Assembly (NCBI GenBank): GCA_973895155.1
Contig: OZ316894.1
Span: forward strand, 11,153,892 to 11,217,891
Length of the DNA stretch: 64,000 nucleotides
DNA from: Marsupella aquatica
Taxonomy: Eukaryota; Plantae; Marchantiophyta
Direction of reading: 5' to 3'
A program made the position numbers and the translations under genes. The notes under the pieces are model-generated. The model was not told where the DNA came from. It searched no databases and worked only from the letters and a program-made list of their open reading frames with translations. Positions 12,770-26,100 of this stretch are shown in pieces (positions within the stretch are counted from its first letter, which is position 1; each line of letters starts with the position of its first letter).

Positions 12770-13183
12770 CTATCGTCTTCCCCCAAACATAGCGCCCGGG
12801 CATTGTGTTCAAAAATGGATTTTTTTGGCTCTCCAAAAGAAAAAGTAGTTTTTCTTCAAACACAATGTCATTTTAACAAAGTGCCTGGGCATTATGTTCG
12901 AATCTTGACGTTGTGTTTGAGTTGGACACTATGTTAGACATTTGACCCTAACTGTTCAACTTTGAGCACAATTAGTGAAAAATTCAAGAATCATATGCCA
13001 ATGCCAATATTCAAACATAACGCATATTTCCAAACACAATGCCCTACAAATACAAAAAATGAAAACACATAGTCAAAACTTGAACACAACACCCTAGGTG
13101 CACTATTCTAATAGAGCGCCCCATGGCACACTATTCAAATACAAGGCCATGACGTTGTGTGGGGGGTGTTGGGGAAGACATAG
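12770..13183. mobile_element. Putative MITE
   Basis: Ends CTATCGTCTTCCCCCAA ... TTGGGGAAGACATAG form an imperfect ~16-bp inverted repeat. Internal AAACACAATG/CATTGTGTT motifs occur in both orientations. TSD not evident. Confidence 0.45.
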
Positions 13184-13959
13184 TGACTGCATTCCAGAAT
13201 GGGTAAATGAGGCAAGTGAACCTCAGGTAGGATGTTAATACGTTACGTGAGTCTGAGGGCAAGACCTTCATCGAGCTCGTACTGTTACAAAGTCAATCCT
13301 GGAAAAAGTGCACAAAAGTGGCTCCAACCTACTACTGCTGTAGTAATTTTATAATTATGCCAAGTCCTGTTGATTCTGACTTTAAAAACAAAATAATCAT
13401 CCGGCTTTGAGCAAGTCTCATGGCTTCGGACGGATCCTTCACAAAAGCTGGCTACGAAACAGAAATAGATGATTGGGCATTTTATCACAAATACGCTTCG
13501 CAGGTTTTCGGGATTCTCCAATTTAATTCCGGGTATGAAACCTCAAAAGTTGGTGGTCGAGCAGATCTCACCTAACCTCTGAGCTAACGCTGTGGAACTG
13601 CACATCGGTATACTTATCGAAGCCATTAGACAATTGTCAGGGCCCAGACTTGTATTGAGAAGACGACTGAGGGGACAAGAGTTTTTACAAAACTTATTTG
13701 AGAAAAATGATGAATTGAATCAGCGTAGTTTACATGAATTATTCTGTCATTTCACTATAGTACCTGCCACGGATGTCATTGGTGACCAAACTACGTACAG
13801 AAATCGCGGTGAGAACGACGACAATTTTTATCAAGACACTTTGGACTTAGCTTACTGTTTACGGAAAGTATCGCTTGCAAAGAAAGCGATCGATGTCAGA
13901 AACCTTGTAGGTGGAGGCCATGGCTCTCACATATTGATGTGGCGCATCGCATGCATCCC

Positions 13960-14787
13960 ATCCCATTCCGTTGAAGTGACTGAAGTGAACTGAATCCAAA
14001 GGTTCTCCAGAGGGAATTCCCAATCCGAAGTCAAAGACAAGCTGGAAAAGTAGGTGCCACGATTTCTCTTGCGCTGTCGACAAGTTCGTGCGATTTTCTT
14101 GCAGTGTCGACGTCGTGTGAAAACAAAGGGATCGGAAGCCTTAGAACATATGTTGTACTACGGCAGTGTACTGCAGATAGATTATGTCCTATAGCCACGA
14201 ATGGAGGAGGGTTATTTTGTGATCGAAAGCCACGTAATATTGTTATCTTGACCATGTTCACGGTATACCAGACAGACAAGATGTATGAAATCGGATTGGC
14301 AAATGGGAAATAGTGAAGTGCTTATTTGCTTATCGTACCGGCACGCCTGCAAGCTCAGCAAGTAATAATAATTTGTTCTTCAATCATCTAGCCTGGAGTC
14401 TCATTATTACAGGTATAGGCTGCCACCCTGCACCGTAGACCGTAGTGGTATGGCGCTGGAGTGTCGAATGTAAGCTTACATGGAGTATGGACCTTGCTCT
14501 ACAATCGCATCCGCCGCCATGCAATTGAATTATAAGGTATTCTTCGAGATGACCCACCGCTATGTCTGACGTGATCGAGAATCTTGCATTCGACAGTAAT
14601 GGCCCAGAGGAGGATGATCATGAGTGATGTGGCACAGTGGCAGGATAGTTTTTACGAGATCCCGGTCAACAAGTTCAGTACGAATCTCGACCCTCGAGGA
14701 ACTGCAGCTTTAAAGCCAGTTAATGCTGTCTGGATCTTGGATTCAGACGAGAGCGGTTCAGCACAGAAGTGGAAGAAATCATATTGA
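13960..14787 (+). pseudogene. Possible decayed F-box/kelch-type gene relic
   Basis: Fragmentary translations (LNPKV..., PIATNGGGLFC, AVWILD...QKWKK) loosely resemble plant F-box protein segments; multiple stops and frameshifts. Weak. Confidence 0.2.
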
Positions 14788-16148
14788 ATCCGCTGAGTGG
14801 GTTTTTACTTCTAAATATCGACAGCGTTGTAGGGATAAAAAATTGAATCGATTCAGAGAAACTGAGAATTTTGAATCGAGTTAATCCATCTTCAACTATA
14901 CTTTTTCGTCGCTCAAAAGTAAATGTGTGGTGGAGTACAATTTCAAGGACGATAGTCCATACTGTAGTTCCAGATGGATTGTTTCTGCCAAAGCTAGCTT
15001 CCGTCAATCCGTCTGCGCCTCTGCCGGACTATTTCGTTGAGTTCATATTGTCTGGCCTGATGAAGGTACTGTCAAGTACGTTGCTCGCAGATTACTGTAT
15101 AGTACTGAATGGAAGATCCCAGAGACTGGGAGTCAGCCCGTGAGGTACAATGCCTCGGGGTGACTGTTGCCAGAACGTCGAAAGTTGAAACACCCTGACG
15201 GAGTCAAATGCAGTATCTTGCCCGCCTCCTTCGTCGTACGTTGTTTCACGGGATGTTGCCTCAGCTAGGACTTTTCCTCAGTGCTACGCGGGAAGCCTTG
15301 TCTGTGAATAAGAGCCACGTTTCAACAAAGCTTTCGTACAATCAAATCACATGGGATTGTGGACAGAGAGCCAAACCACCACAAATCTGAACGAACTCCA
15401 ATATAGCCTGTTGCAGTACGTTCGCTTGCGCAGATCCAATAGAACTTCTGAGACTCGAGATCTGGAGGGCCTCTCACGTGGCTTCTGATCGAAGGTCAGT
15501 GTCTTGACGATATTCCCAGAAATTGTTGTGAGCTTGGACAAGCATTCCAACTCGTCGTTTTCGTGACGAAACAAAGACAAACTAACCGAAATAAAATGAG
15601 TACAAATGCAATGGATCGTAGTTATCAGTAGCAGTGGCCCCTCATCACTCTTGCCTCCTTGCCCCCATCTCTTACCCTAGACCACTCCCACCATTGGGGT
15701 TGTTCTTCTATGGTACGTTGCTTCTTTCAAGCTCCTCATTGTAAAAGGACACTTCTAACAACTTACAATAGTAAGTGCGGTTCTTCTTTGCTTCGCTGAA
15801 ACCGTGTTAACAACAAGAACAAATCATCAACACAGAATGGCCTGCAGGCATGAAGTTGTGGCAGCAGAAAGGAAAATTGAGGCTTGAAGTTGCCCAGGGT
15901 GGCAGCAGAAGCAGCTAGGCAAACCTGAACACTATGATATGCAATCATGGTATTTCTTTAGGTCTCTTTATGAACTGTAATTTATAATATGTAATCACAC
16001 TACTTTTTTGTCATGGTCTGGTGCAAAGCCTCCAAGGCTGCATGTGCCAGTATGATGATATTTTTCTGAACCATGATATAAATCTAAAGGTGCCACTCTG
16101 CATCGTTCACACACCCAACCCAATGGACATTTAGTCTCTGTACAACTC

Positions 16149-17020
16149 CACTATTCTCTGCAATTAGTGCTAGTCACAATAATTGTATAGCCCTTACATT
16201 TCAGTCTCACAGATTAGAGTCTCACAGATTAGAGCAAGTCAAATTATTTTTTGTGTCACTCTAGTTGCAGTTCACATGAAGTCACACAGTTTTTAATCAC
16301 ACTAATTGCAGTGCTCCCGTCATATTGAGCGCACAGTTCGCACAGTTAAGCTCACAGTTGAGTTCACAGGGAGAATCACAATTGTTCACATGAATTGAGT
16401 CACATTTAAGTCACACTAATTGCAGTACTGCTCCCTGTCAAGTTGAGCACACAGGGAGAATCATAATAGAGCGCATAAAACCTAGACTTAGTGGCATTCA
16501 AGCGGACATTTAATAGCACAGTAACGGGGAGAACAACCATGTTTGGAGGATGATGGGCTTGGCTCTGGATCTTAGTCCCCAAGGGAAAGCATTAAGGAAT
16601 GTGAAGCGAGCCTCCCAGGGAAGGCATTAAGAAGCTAACTCTCAATACATAGTAAAAATTGTGAAAATTAGACACTCTCAATACAAAGTAAAGATTGTGA
16701 CCATCAGGTTTTCGATCATAAATAATACATAAATATCGATAAATCATAAATAATACATAAATAATCTGACGTGATCGAGAATATGTAACACTCATCTGTA
16801 TAATCTATATGCTCTTGTGTGATTTGACAGGCTCCTGTGCGGTAGGTCTTTGACTGATATTGGTATTTTTTCATAACTTTTATCTGCCTGTAAGTAGTGT
16901 GACTTTACATACATAATTAGTGTAATTCCTGATTAAAAAAAGTGTACACAAATTAGTGCGAGTCGCACTAATTTTGGTCTCACACTAATTGTCCACTCAC
17001 ACTAATTGCTATGGTCAGTG
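16149..17020. mobile_element. Degenerate TIR element with CACACTAATT subterminal motifs (probably related to 29227-30529)
   Basis: CACT..GCAATTAGTG at left versus CACTAATTGC..AGTG(TA) at right; many CACACTAATT/AATTAGTG motifs near both ends. Confidence 0.5.
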
Positions 17021-17101
17021 TAACACACTCCGTAAACCAGTCGCCATGCCGACTCGCCAAGTACTGGCCGTGTCCAAGTGCCTGGCCATCTCACTTAATG
17101 C

Positions 17102-17202
17102 TCGAGAACACTTCTACTCAACATCACTTATGATCGAGAACACTTCTACTCAACATCACTTATTATTGACCGAGAACATTTCAACATCACTTATTATTGA
17201 CC
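17102..17202. repeat. Short tandem repeat, ~32-bp unit x3
   Basis: CGAGAACACTTCTACTCAACATCACTTAT twice exactly, plus a degenerate third copy. Confidence 0.85.
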
Positions 17203-18439
17203 CTACTCTCCAACACATGAGCATTAAGCTAGTTGGACATAAAACACACTACTTAGAAGCCTGAAGTCTTGATAGCTTTCCTTGCTGGACGGGAGCGACC
17301 AGAACATATGCCATATTGGTGTGACCGTGGAGGTCCCATCACGTGAGTTCTAGGTATTGGGTCCCGACCGAGAACGACATTACCTTTTGGAACCCGTCTG
17401 TGATGCCTCAACACCTTTCCGTATAGTCTAGAGGAGAAAGTGGAAATCAATCTACGAAGAGAATGAGAAGATATGCCTCTCTATCCTTTTTTTTCTGGAG
17501 TATAACGGCCTTCTTGGTGTGACAGGTTCAATAAAGTCCTTTAGCAATGCTTCAAGTGCTATACCTCGTTCATACCCACTCTAACTTCCCATCTTCGAAG
17601 CCCAAGACACATCTTGGCCAGCTGTTTCTTTTCGTGACTGATGCAACACCTGGTGGATTTTTCTGTTTGGATTACTGTGGCATTCTCTAGCTAGAATCAC
17701 AACGTATGGCCTTCCTTTCGTTCCTGTGACTTAATTTGGTGGAACGCGCATATGCATTCAAGTCCAGTCCTGAAATTTGATAGCATTGAGATTTTCCCAT
17801 TGGCAGTTTCATGCTTGATTGACCCACATTTCAAATCCAGTCCCATGTGTATAGTTAAAAGGCGGTCTTCAAGATGGCAAAGGATTGTCTTGGTTTTGAC
17901 TTTAGTCTTAGAACAGGAGTGAATGGTGATGTCACACTGGAAGTTCAGCTGGGGGCCTTTTCATACAGCAAGCTTCAGCTTTCAAAAATCAAGCGCATGG
18001 ACTTCGAATGCGCACGCTTCAGGTCCAGTCCTTGCCATGATGCGTTGGACTCTACGAATGGACTTGAAGTGTTCAGTGCTAAGTGTGGGTCAATCAAGCA
18101 TTAAACGTTCAATGGAAAGATCGCAACGCTAACAGGAGCAGGAACAAGACACTAATGAAGGGGAACTAATACTGCACGACAAAGAAAGAAAACGAAGATG
18201 GAAACCGTTCTCAATTCATTCATACGGAGTCTGTTTCGCAGGGACTCATCTCATTGAATGCTTCTCGCGCGCTTCCAAGACAAATTCACACTTCATTTCA
18301 GATAGAATCAATTCTGAGCTGAGAATTCTCATTTTCAGTCAATAAACAAATAGAGAGACGTGGTAAGTGCATTAATTGAGACTTGGGCTGACAGATTGAA
18401 TAACGTAGTCCAATCGGTTTGGGCATCATGTTGCCCAGC

Positions 18440-19530
18440 CTACCAAGCAGGCACAGACCGATACAATGCTCTGTGGAAGAAGTTTTGTCCTGCCTCAAGT
18501 GTGAATCTGGAGTCTTGGGTCAAGTATGTGACATGCTTCTTCACGGGATTTGACGAAAACAAGCCAATGTGCTGAGCCAGCGATGGCGATGTTTTAAGCA
18601 CAGATAGCCCCAGACTTTCTGCCCAGTAGTCTGTCTCCAGATCAGTTGGAAATGAGCGACTCTTGCTCTCACTCTCCACGATCTTCTCCAGGTGTTCCCT
18701 TAGCTTCCGGGTGAATTCTATTGGATATGCAACGGCCACCGCGGACGCAGCATCTGTGCTTGGGTCTATGTGAATTCCTGGAAAATCCAACATGGCATTC
18801 ACACTTTGCCGACCTCATGACCTCGGCCACCAAGACTGTGTTCCCGAAGAGAGTGCCAAAACTCAAAGCGAGTTTGAGGATTGACCTCGTTCTCCTCGGT
18901 GGCGAGGTTGACGTTGGCAACGGGGATGCATTGCGTGGACGCTTTTCGCAGAGAATCGAGTTTATCCAGGCGAGGAAATAGCAGAAAGGCAAGGTCAAAG
19001 CGGCGGCCAAAACAGCCGGAATTAGCAATAGGTCCTGAAGCCAGCCGGGCCACTGATATCCACTCCATGCATGTGTGGTGAAAAGCTTGACCATTCCTAC
19101 ATTGGGTCGGGACTGCAGTTCCTCAACGACGTGCGTTCGGAACTTCCCTAGCAAATCCCGCGTCAGCAACGAGGCCTCCTCAAACACGATGCACCACAGA
19201 ATCCCGGCCCTGTCACACGCCCGGAGAGCTGCGCTGTGGCATAGATACTCATCCAGTATCCAGTCGCGCCACTCTTTCCTATTCCAACCCTCGTAGCCGT
19301 CGGTTTAGCTATCCTTTCGAATTCAGTATGGAAATTGGATAATTATGGAAACTGGACTCCACTCCAAACTAAATAATGTTCTGTTCTGAGTTTTGCAACA
19401 TCCCAATGCGAGCATTCTCAAAGCCCGCCGTGACGTCCTCCGGGCCGAGTAGCAACTTGCTTAATTTGCTCCTCCTCGCTGTTGTCGTGGTTGCGTCATT
19501 GCAATACGGCACATAAGTTGAATTTTGAGG
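18440..19530 (-). pseudogene. PGAP4/TMEM246-like (GPI side-chain glycosyltransferase-like) pseudogene
   Basis: Colinear motifs DEYLCHSAAL...WCIVFEEA (EDDA-like position), GMVKLF, two hydrophobic helices, VAYPIEFTRKLREHL and SPSLAQHIGLFSS (cf. recalled PGAP4 EPNLVKHIGLFSS). Frameshift near 18803 and stops upstream of ~19305. Confidence 0.7.
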
Positions 19531-21330
19531 TTGACGGTTCGTCCATGTAAAGAAGAATCAGTTTCAAATCTACAGCCGAGGGTCGTCTCTGTCCTTCGGC
19601 AGTGTCCACCTTAATGTGGTGTGCGAATATTTTGTTCCCAGTTTCCACCCGCTAGTTCTGTGGAGTGCGGACCGTGGTCCTTAAAATTGAGTGCTTCGCC
19701 TGTAACGACAGAGATTGGACTTACAGAGCACTGTCACGACTTCGCGTTATTGGCTCGTAAGGCTTTCCTGCCGCACGTCGACATATTCTGCGAAGACTTC
19801 AAAGCGATAACAACATTGTACTCCTAGCCGGGTGGCTTTTCCCCCGCCTTCCTTCCCCAATCCCCGCTACCTGCTCCCACCGCACAGCCTCGAATCGAGT
19901 ACTGTACTGTACCTCGATGGCCTAGACGGCATAGTAGCCATAGCTCTGGGAGAAGAGAAACTCACGATACAATTGGACATCCCAATTTGATAGTGCTCTT
20001 GACAAAGAACATCCTAAAAACTTTCCATACTTCCTTACCTCCCATTCTGCCTTTTGCGGTTGACGTTCATTGCATTGGTTCGTAATCGATCACGTACCGA
20101 CAGACTAGTTATTCGTGGAGTAGAGACGAGCTCGTTGCACTACTGAGAGGACAACCAAACAGCGGCGAGCTGAATGACCCAACAATTGAGGGATTGCGGT
20201 TGGTGTAGGATTACTTGTCCTTTTCAGTGCTTTTCAGATTCTCGTCAGCTGCAGGTTGAGGTTTGAGTTGTTTTCTGTTCTGAGACGGAGGAAATGAGAC
20301 CAGTTGAATGTAGCGATTTCACCAAATTAACTTACGCTAGATTGCCAATTGCAATTACTAGAGTGAGATCCCCACACAATGATGGAGATCTTCTCAAAGT
20401 TGATGTTACTTTAATCATATGCACCAATTATGAAAAGATAGCTCCCCATCGACGTTTCTTCTGCCTGGCGCGTCTAGAGAAATGCACGTGAGTCGACAAT
20501 TTGAAGAATTTAGCTCGTGATTGTAAGGTTTACTGCATTGTTTATAACGTAAGTCGACGATGAAGAATTTAGCTCTTGATTATGAGGTTAACTGCATTCT
20601 TTATAACGAGACAGTTCAGGTATAACTCCAGTAGATTAGAGTCATACTTAATCAAGATGCAAATTATGTTTGTATCGAATTTGACCCAGCCATGAAAGTT
20701 GCTAGAGCCAGAGGTATCAAAATCTAGAACACAGTTTAGAGTTTCGAGGTTAGATACTCAATCTTTGATTTATTAAGCTCACTAGTTTATGCTCCAATGT
20801 GATAATTGCATCTTTTTTGATGCCAGATAGAAACTAATACCAGATCATACTTATTTCTGGCATCGAAAGAACTCTGTATTTGAGGATTGTAAAATTTGAC
20901 TACTGGATGCACAAGTGGTGTCTACTCCACTGGACGATTAGTGGATGCAGAAGAGTAGACACCACTGTATCTGAGGATTGTAAAGTTTGATTTCCGAATT
21001 TCTTACATGTCGGACGATTTTCCGTCTATAGGCTGTTGATAACTGATCATGTTTTGTATGGTTTCCATCAGATGGACGTCACATTCGTATGTCGGAACGC
21101 ATTTTGAATTACTCTGTCAGTTTCTCGTAGATTGTCAATTGAGATAGCACGATGAACTAGAACATGGATGTGACTCAATGGCCCGGAGGTGTCGAGATGT
21201 ATCTGATGAAGGGCGAGAAGAGGATAAATCTTCATATACCCTCGCGAAAGCGAGTACCAAGAAACTTTCCCTCTGTGTACTCAACGTCGTGTTTACAAGA
21301 ACGAGAAACACGTCATCGAGGATAGAAGAT

Positions 21331-23154
21331 TTAGAGCTGCTCAAAGACCCGACTAGGCAGTCGAGGAGTGACATGTACGCGAAGTGGCTGAGCTCTTGTT
21401 GACACAAGCCCAGGTGTCTCGTTAATGACGTCGATTTCCTCGTTTTTGAGGCCCCCCGCGGCCCGGAAATCGAAGCAATGCATGAGATTGGCAACAATGA
21501 GCTGAACCATGGTGAGACCCAGGAGCATGCCTGGACAGCCCCGTCTGCCTGACGAAAAGGGCAGGAGATTATATGCGCTGCCGAAAACGCTAATATCCAA
21601 GTTCATAAAACGCTCGGGATCGAATCGCAGAGGGTTGGGCCACTGCTTCGGGTCGCGGTTGATGGCCCAAATGTTCACAAGTGCCGTGGTTCCCGCCGGG
21701 ATGTCATAGCCGATTAGCTTGCTCTGCTCGGTGCTGCAGTGAGGAATGCCGAGCGGAGCTGGTGGATGTAGCCGGAGAGACTCCTTCACGACCGCCTGAA
21801 GATAAGGCAGCTTCGAAATGTCTGCCTCAGTCACGAATCTATCCTTCCCGATCACACTGTCCAGCTCTGCCTGCAGTTTGTGGACCAGCTCCGGCTGGCG
21901 TAGCAGCTCGGCGATAGTCCAGTCCGATGACACGGATGTCGTATCACTCCCTGCGATGATCATGTCCTGCGCGGATCAAGGCAACCAAGAGACCATTGGC
22001 AACGATGCGTCGATCAACTATTCAGGAATACACATTATTACATCTATCTGGGATTGATTTGCAAGCATCTAGAGTCTTCTCCTTCAAATGCTTTAATAAG
22101 AACAGTTCAGGGGATCGACTGCTATTTTTCAACAACCATCATAATTTTCAAAATGGCAACATGGGGAATGCAATGTTCATTTTCGAACGGGTGATTGTGT
22201 ATGAAGTATACTTACAAACATAACACCAGACATAGCATCAGGAGACAATTTGTCGTCGCCCTCGAGAGAAAGGATCACGTCCAGCATGGTCGCGTCAGGC
22301 AAGGTGGGGCTCTTTTTCCCAGAGCGCTCGTACTCCTCGATGAGGTCGGCAGACATTTCCTTCATAAGCTTCGTGAGCTTCTTCATACGCCCGATTACGC
22401 CTTGCAAGTCCAACCACCGCGCAATAGCGATGTAGTCACCGAAGTTAAACTCCCCGCCCAGTTCCACAGCCTCCCTGACAACAGACTTCACGTCCTCCAT
22501 ATTGACTTTCCCGATGTTCTTGGCCATCTTACCATCTTTCCACCCGAAAATCATGCTCATCAAGCTGTTCAAGCTCAAATCTTGGAGCAGAGACGACAAC
22601 GAGGTGATCTCTCCCTGCTTTTCCGTCCTGTATATCGACCCAAGCAGGTCATATACTCCATTCTCGCGCGTGGAATGATTTCCGATGACCCGCTTCGGAG
22701 AGAGCAACTCTGAATTGTAGATCTTCCGGAGACGTTTGTAGTGAGGACCTGCAGGCGCGAACACTAGAGACTGAAAATCCATTCCCATCAACTTGCCGGC
22801 TGTTAGATACGGGCGTGACGCATACACATGGTCCAAGTCTTTCAAGACAAGGCGGGCGACCTCGCTGTTGGAGATGATGATGACCGGGTTTGCTCCCATT
22901 TTGAGGAATGTGATCGGGCCGAATTTCTGGCCGAGGCGGGCAAACATTTGATGCGCAGGTTCACCATCTTTTGCTCCCATGAGCGGGAAGGAACCAACTA
23001 TTGGGAAGGCCCCTGGTGATGGTGGCAATTTGAATTTCTTTGAGCTAGGGTCGAGGAACTTGATCGTGAGCAGCGCAAGAGCGACGATTAACACCCAATA
23101 AAACCATGATAACTCGGAGATGAAGCCGTCTACAGTCTCAAAAAAGGTCGCCAT
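21331..23154 (-). CDS. Cytochrome P450, CYP71 clan (A-type), 524 aa; exons 23154-22216 and 21966-21331
   Basis: N-terminal TM anchor, PPSP hinge, I-helix DMIIAGSDTTS, K-helix ESLR, FDPERF and heme motif FSSGRRGCPG. A single phase-0 GT-AG intron (21967-22215) lies just before the I-helix, as is typical of A-type P450s. Confidence 0.97.
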
Positions 23155-25179
23155 CGTGCAGAAATTGCAATTTGTACAGTAGAAGAAAGATCGAGTAACT
23201 CTAATTACAAAAGAGGCTGAAGTAATATCTCAGATCCTCGTCCAAATACGAGGACTTTAAACTGCATCACGGTGTACTCCACGTCAGGTAAACATTTGCA
23301 ATGCAGATCTCAAGATTACGGACCCCAGAATTGGAGGGATTCGGGAATCAGTAGCCGTGCAGGAATGCAAGTTCCAATATGAGCAGATTTGGTGTTCAAC
23401 GAAGGGCCCACACTGCTCTGACTTCACTAGCTTCCCCTTACGAAGCCCAGTCGATCAATACTCCCAATCTGCACAAACAAAGCAAAGTTTTGCGTCAACC
23501 TCAAATTTCACCGGCACCGTTGGTCTCCAATCGAAGATACGAAATTGACTGAAAGATTTCAGCACTCATGCAAACGCCTGGAGCATTGGATCTAGATCCT
23601 CCATTGATAGACCGGAACCGTACTCACGATCCAATGTTCATTGCAGCAGAGGTGAATCTTAGACTACTCAAGATTTAAGATTCCTATGGAAAATCCATTC
23701 TTGAGTTTTGGAATGGCTACGAGTCCACTTGGGCGTTCGAATCTTGGACCACTGCGGGGAACACTTATTATTCCTATGGATAATCCATTCTCTAGTTTTT
23801 GTGATCGTCACGAATTACTTCAGGCGTACGTCACATGTAGCTCAGGATGGCACAAAGAGCACAATTGGCCTAACAAACAGCAAACTAAATCGCAAGTCAC
23901 TCGTCTCATAGCAAAAGGAACTCATCACTCGTCTCATAAGATGACTAGACACACCACGATAGGAGATCGAGCTACGATGAAAGCTCAACAGCAATGGTTA
24001 TACTGAATGCACGTAATTCGGCAGCAGGAAACCCACGGAGACTGACGAGAGATTTACCAACGGACGATCAATTCACCAACTACGGATACGTACGGACTTG
24101 TAATTGTCAACAAGAAGCCAGGAATTTTGGGTGACACGTTAGAAGCGTCAACCGATTTGCAATCCAGGTCAAGTACTGTCTGAGGGAGGACCGTCCGACA
24201 ACACGGAACACAACCAAATCGATGAACAAAGTTCACCTTGTAGTCCCGAAGCTGCATTGTCTACTCCAATTGCTCGTCAAAAGGAAGGAAACAGATTACC
24301 CCAGTCTATAGTCACATGCATATAATTGTACTCTAAATGGGTGGTTCAGCCATGAAAATAGCACCCTCTCTCCAATCATATCTCTCACCTGCTCACAGGA
24401 CTAGCGTGAGTCATTGCACATCCCATTCCTCAAGCCTTAGAATACGTACCACGAAGACTGCGTACACATTTGCACACACTCTTTGTGCGTCCGCCCAGCT
24501 CATCCGGCCGCACCTCTGTGCACTACTATGAACTTCAATCGACGCGCACTCTTCCCACGCATGCATCTGCAAGAGCCTCCGAATACATTTGCTCTAGCTC
24601 TACCGATTATTCCGGCTCATTCATCGGCGTCACTACAATAGGATGGTTGGCATGCCCAAATAGACGGATTGGTCCAGCTGGGACATACGTATGCTGTATG
24701 CAACAGACCAGCAAGTGCTTTTGGAATATCTGACTAATCTGAGGCTCTGAGCTCGTATCTTCGTTGACTTCGATTGCTAGCTCCTCTGAATGACAAAGAT
24801 AGTGCCGAGTTGCTTTTTATACGGCTTCCATAGCTGTCACCTTGCCAATTCGAGAGTGCGCATGGCCACCAAACTTTCTCGTACCAGCCTCGTGATATGG
24901 CTACAGCACACCCACCATCTTAATATACATTGAATGACGTTCAGTCATGTCCGAAAAGAAGGGGAAGTGCTGCGCGTCTACGAGAACTTTCCCTGTCCAC
25001 CCCAAGCGTATCGAACGATTAGTTTTAAATAAACACAAACTGCTTTTAAACACGGAAAAGAACTTATCTTCGGTTAGTAGCCTGCGTGGCTCAATTACCT
25101 GCTGCTGACTCAAACCTTGCAGGAAATTTAGGTCAATTTGTAGATCTTAAGTGACGTCAGTATAAGCCAGCTCGTTATT

Positions 25180-25337
25180 TTAAGGGTTTAGCATCAAAAT
25201 ATGACATACAGTGTAGTACATCCCTCCATACCATGATTAACCTCCTTGTTTTACCTTCTTAATTATTATTTTTAAATAATGATTGCACACCCTACATTAT
25301 CACATTTTGATGTGTGATTACAGCATGTTTTTTTAGG
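25180..25337. mobile_element. Short reverse-oriented relative of the 999-1426 MITE, lacking the tandem array
   Basis: CATCAAAATATGACATACA...CCCTCCATACCATGATTAACCT matches the reverse complement of ~1318-1372. CACATTTTGATGTGTGATTACAGCA (from 25301) is the reverse complement of 1010-1035 apart from one indel. Confidence 0.65.
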
Positions 25338-25369
25338 GCCCATACTAGAGCATTTTAAGGTCAATGCTT

Positions 25370-26100
25370 TTCTCCTTAAACCACAACTCCTACTACATAA
25401 GGAGTTGCAGGACAGTACGGCCATAAAGGAGTATCAAAAGTTTCTGAAAGTAGTACGGCCATAAAGGAGTATCAAAAGTTTCTGAAAGTAGTACGGCCAT
25501 AAAGGAGTATCAAAAGTTTCTGAAAGTATGGGGCAGGAGGAAGAGCAGAAAAGAACAAAATTCATTTATTTTTATTTCAAAAAATATGTACTCATTTTTG
25601 GAAAGGAAAACACCAGGCTGTAAATCTCCTCAATCATTTGCGCCACAGATAGCCTTTTGATTTGGACCGAAAATATTTTTATTAGCAAAAAACAATGAAC
25701 CGTATAGATTTCAGTAGAGACCAAATCGATGGCCAGGAAGGCTTGGATTTGTTTTATTTTTCATTTGCAAACTATTCAACCATTTTCGAAAAGGAAAAAA
25801 ACCCATCCATAGATCTCACTGAGATCTTTCATTTGAGTCATATATCGTCCACTAAAGTGGACGGATGAGATTCACAGAGATGATAAGGGCAGATGGCTCA
25901 GGTCTCCTCCTCCCCCCGAAATTCAAAATTTGAATTGGACCAATCATATTTCACTGTTTGTTTTTCCATGTTTTCTCATGAAATATTGAATTTTTTTGTC
26001 TCAGTTTTTTGTGAGACATAGATCTCATTGAGATCTACGTTTTGAGCCATAGATCGGATCGGACGGCATTGGATAGGCACAGATCTAAGGAAAAATCCAA
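25370..26100. repeat. Dispersed repeat, copy B (homolog of 110-600)
   Basis: Same colinear blocks as copy A; AGATCTCA(C/T)TGAGATCT palindromes at ~25811 and ~26020. Confidence 0.7.
25414..25527. repeat. Perfect 38-bp tandem triplication
   Basis: AGTACGGCCATAAAGGAGTATCAAAAGTTTCTGAAAGT x3, identical, head-to-tail. Confidence 0.97.

Noticed and set aside
25414-25527. CRISPR-like array (38-bp identical repeats; also the arrays at 1038-1336 and 17102-17202)
   Set aside because: Units are head-to-tail with no unique spacers, there are no cas genes, and the context is a plant nuclear genome.
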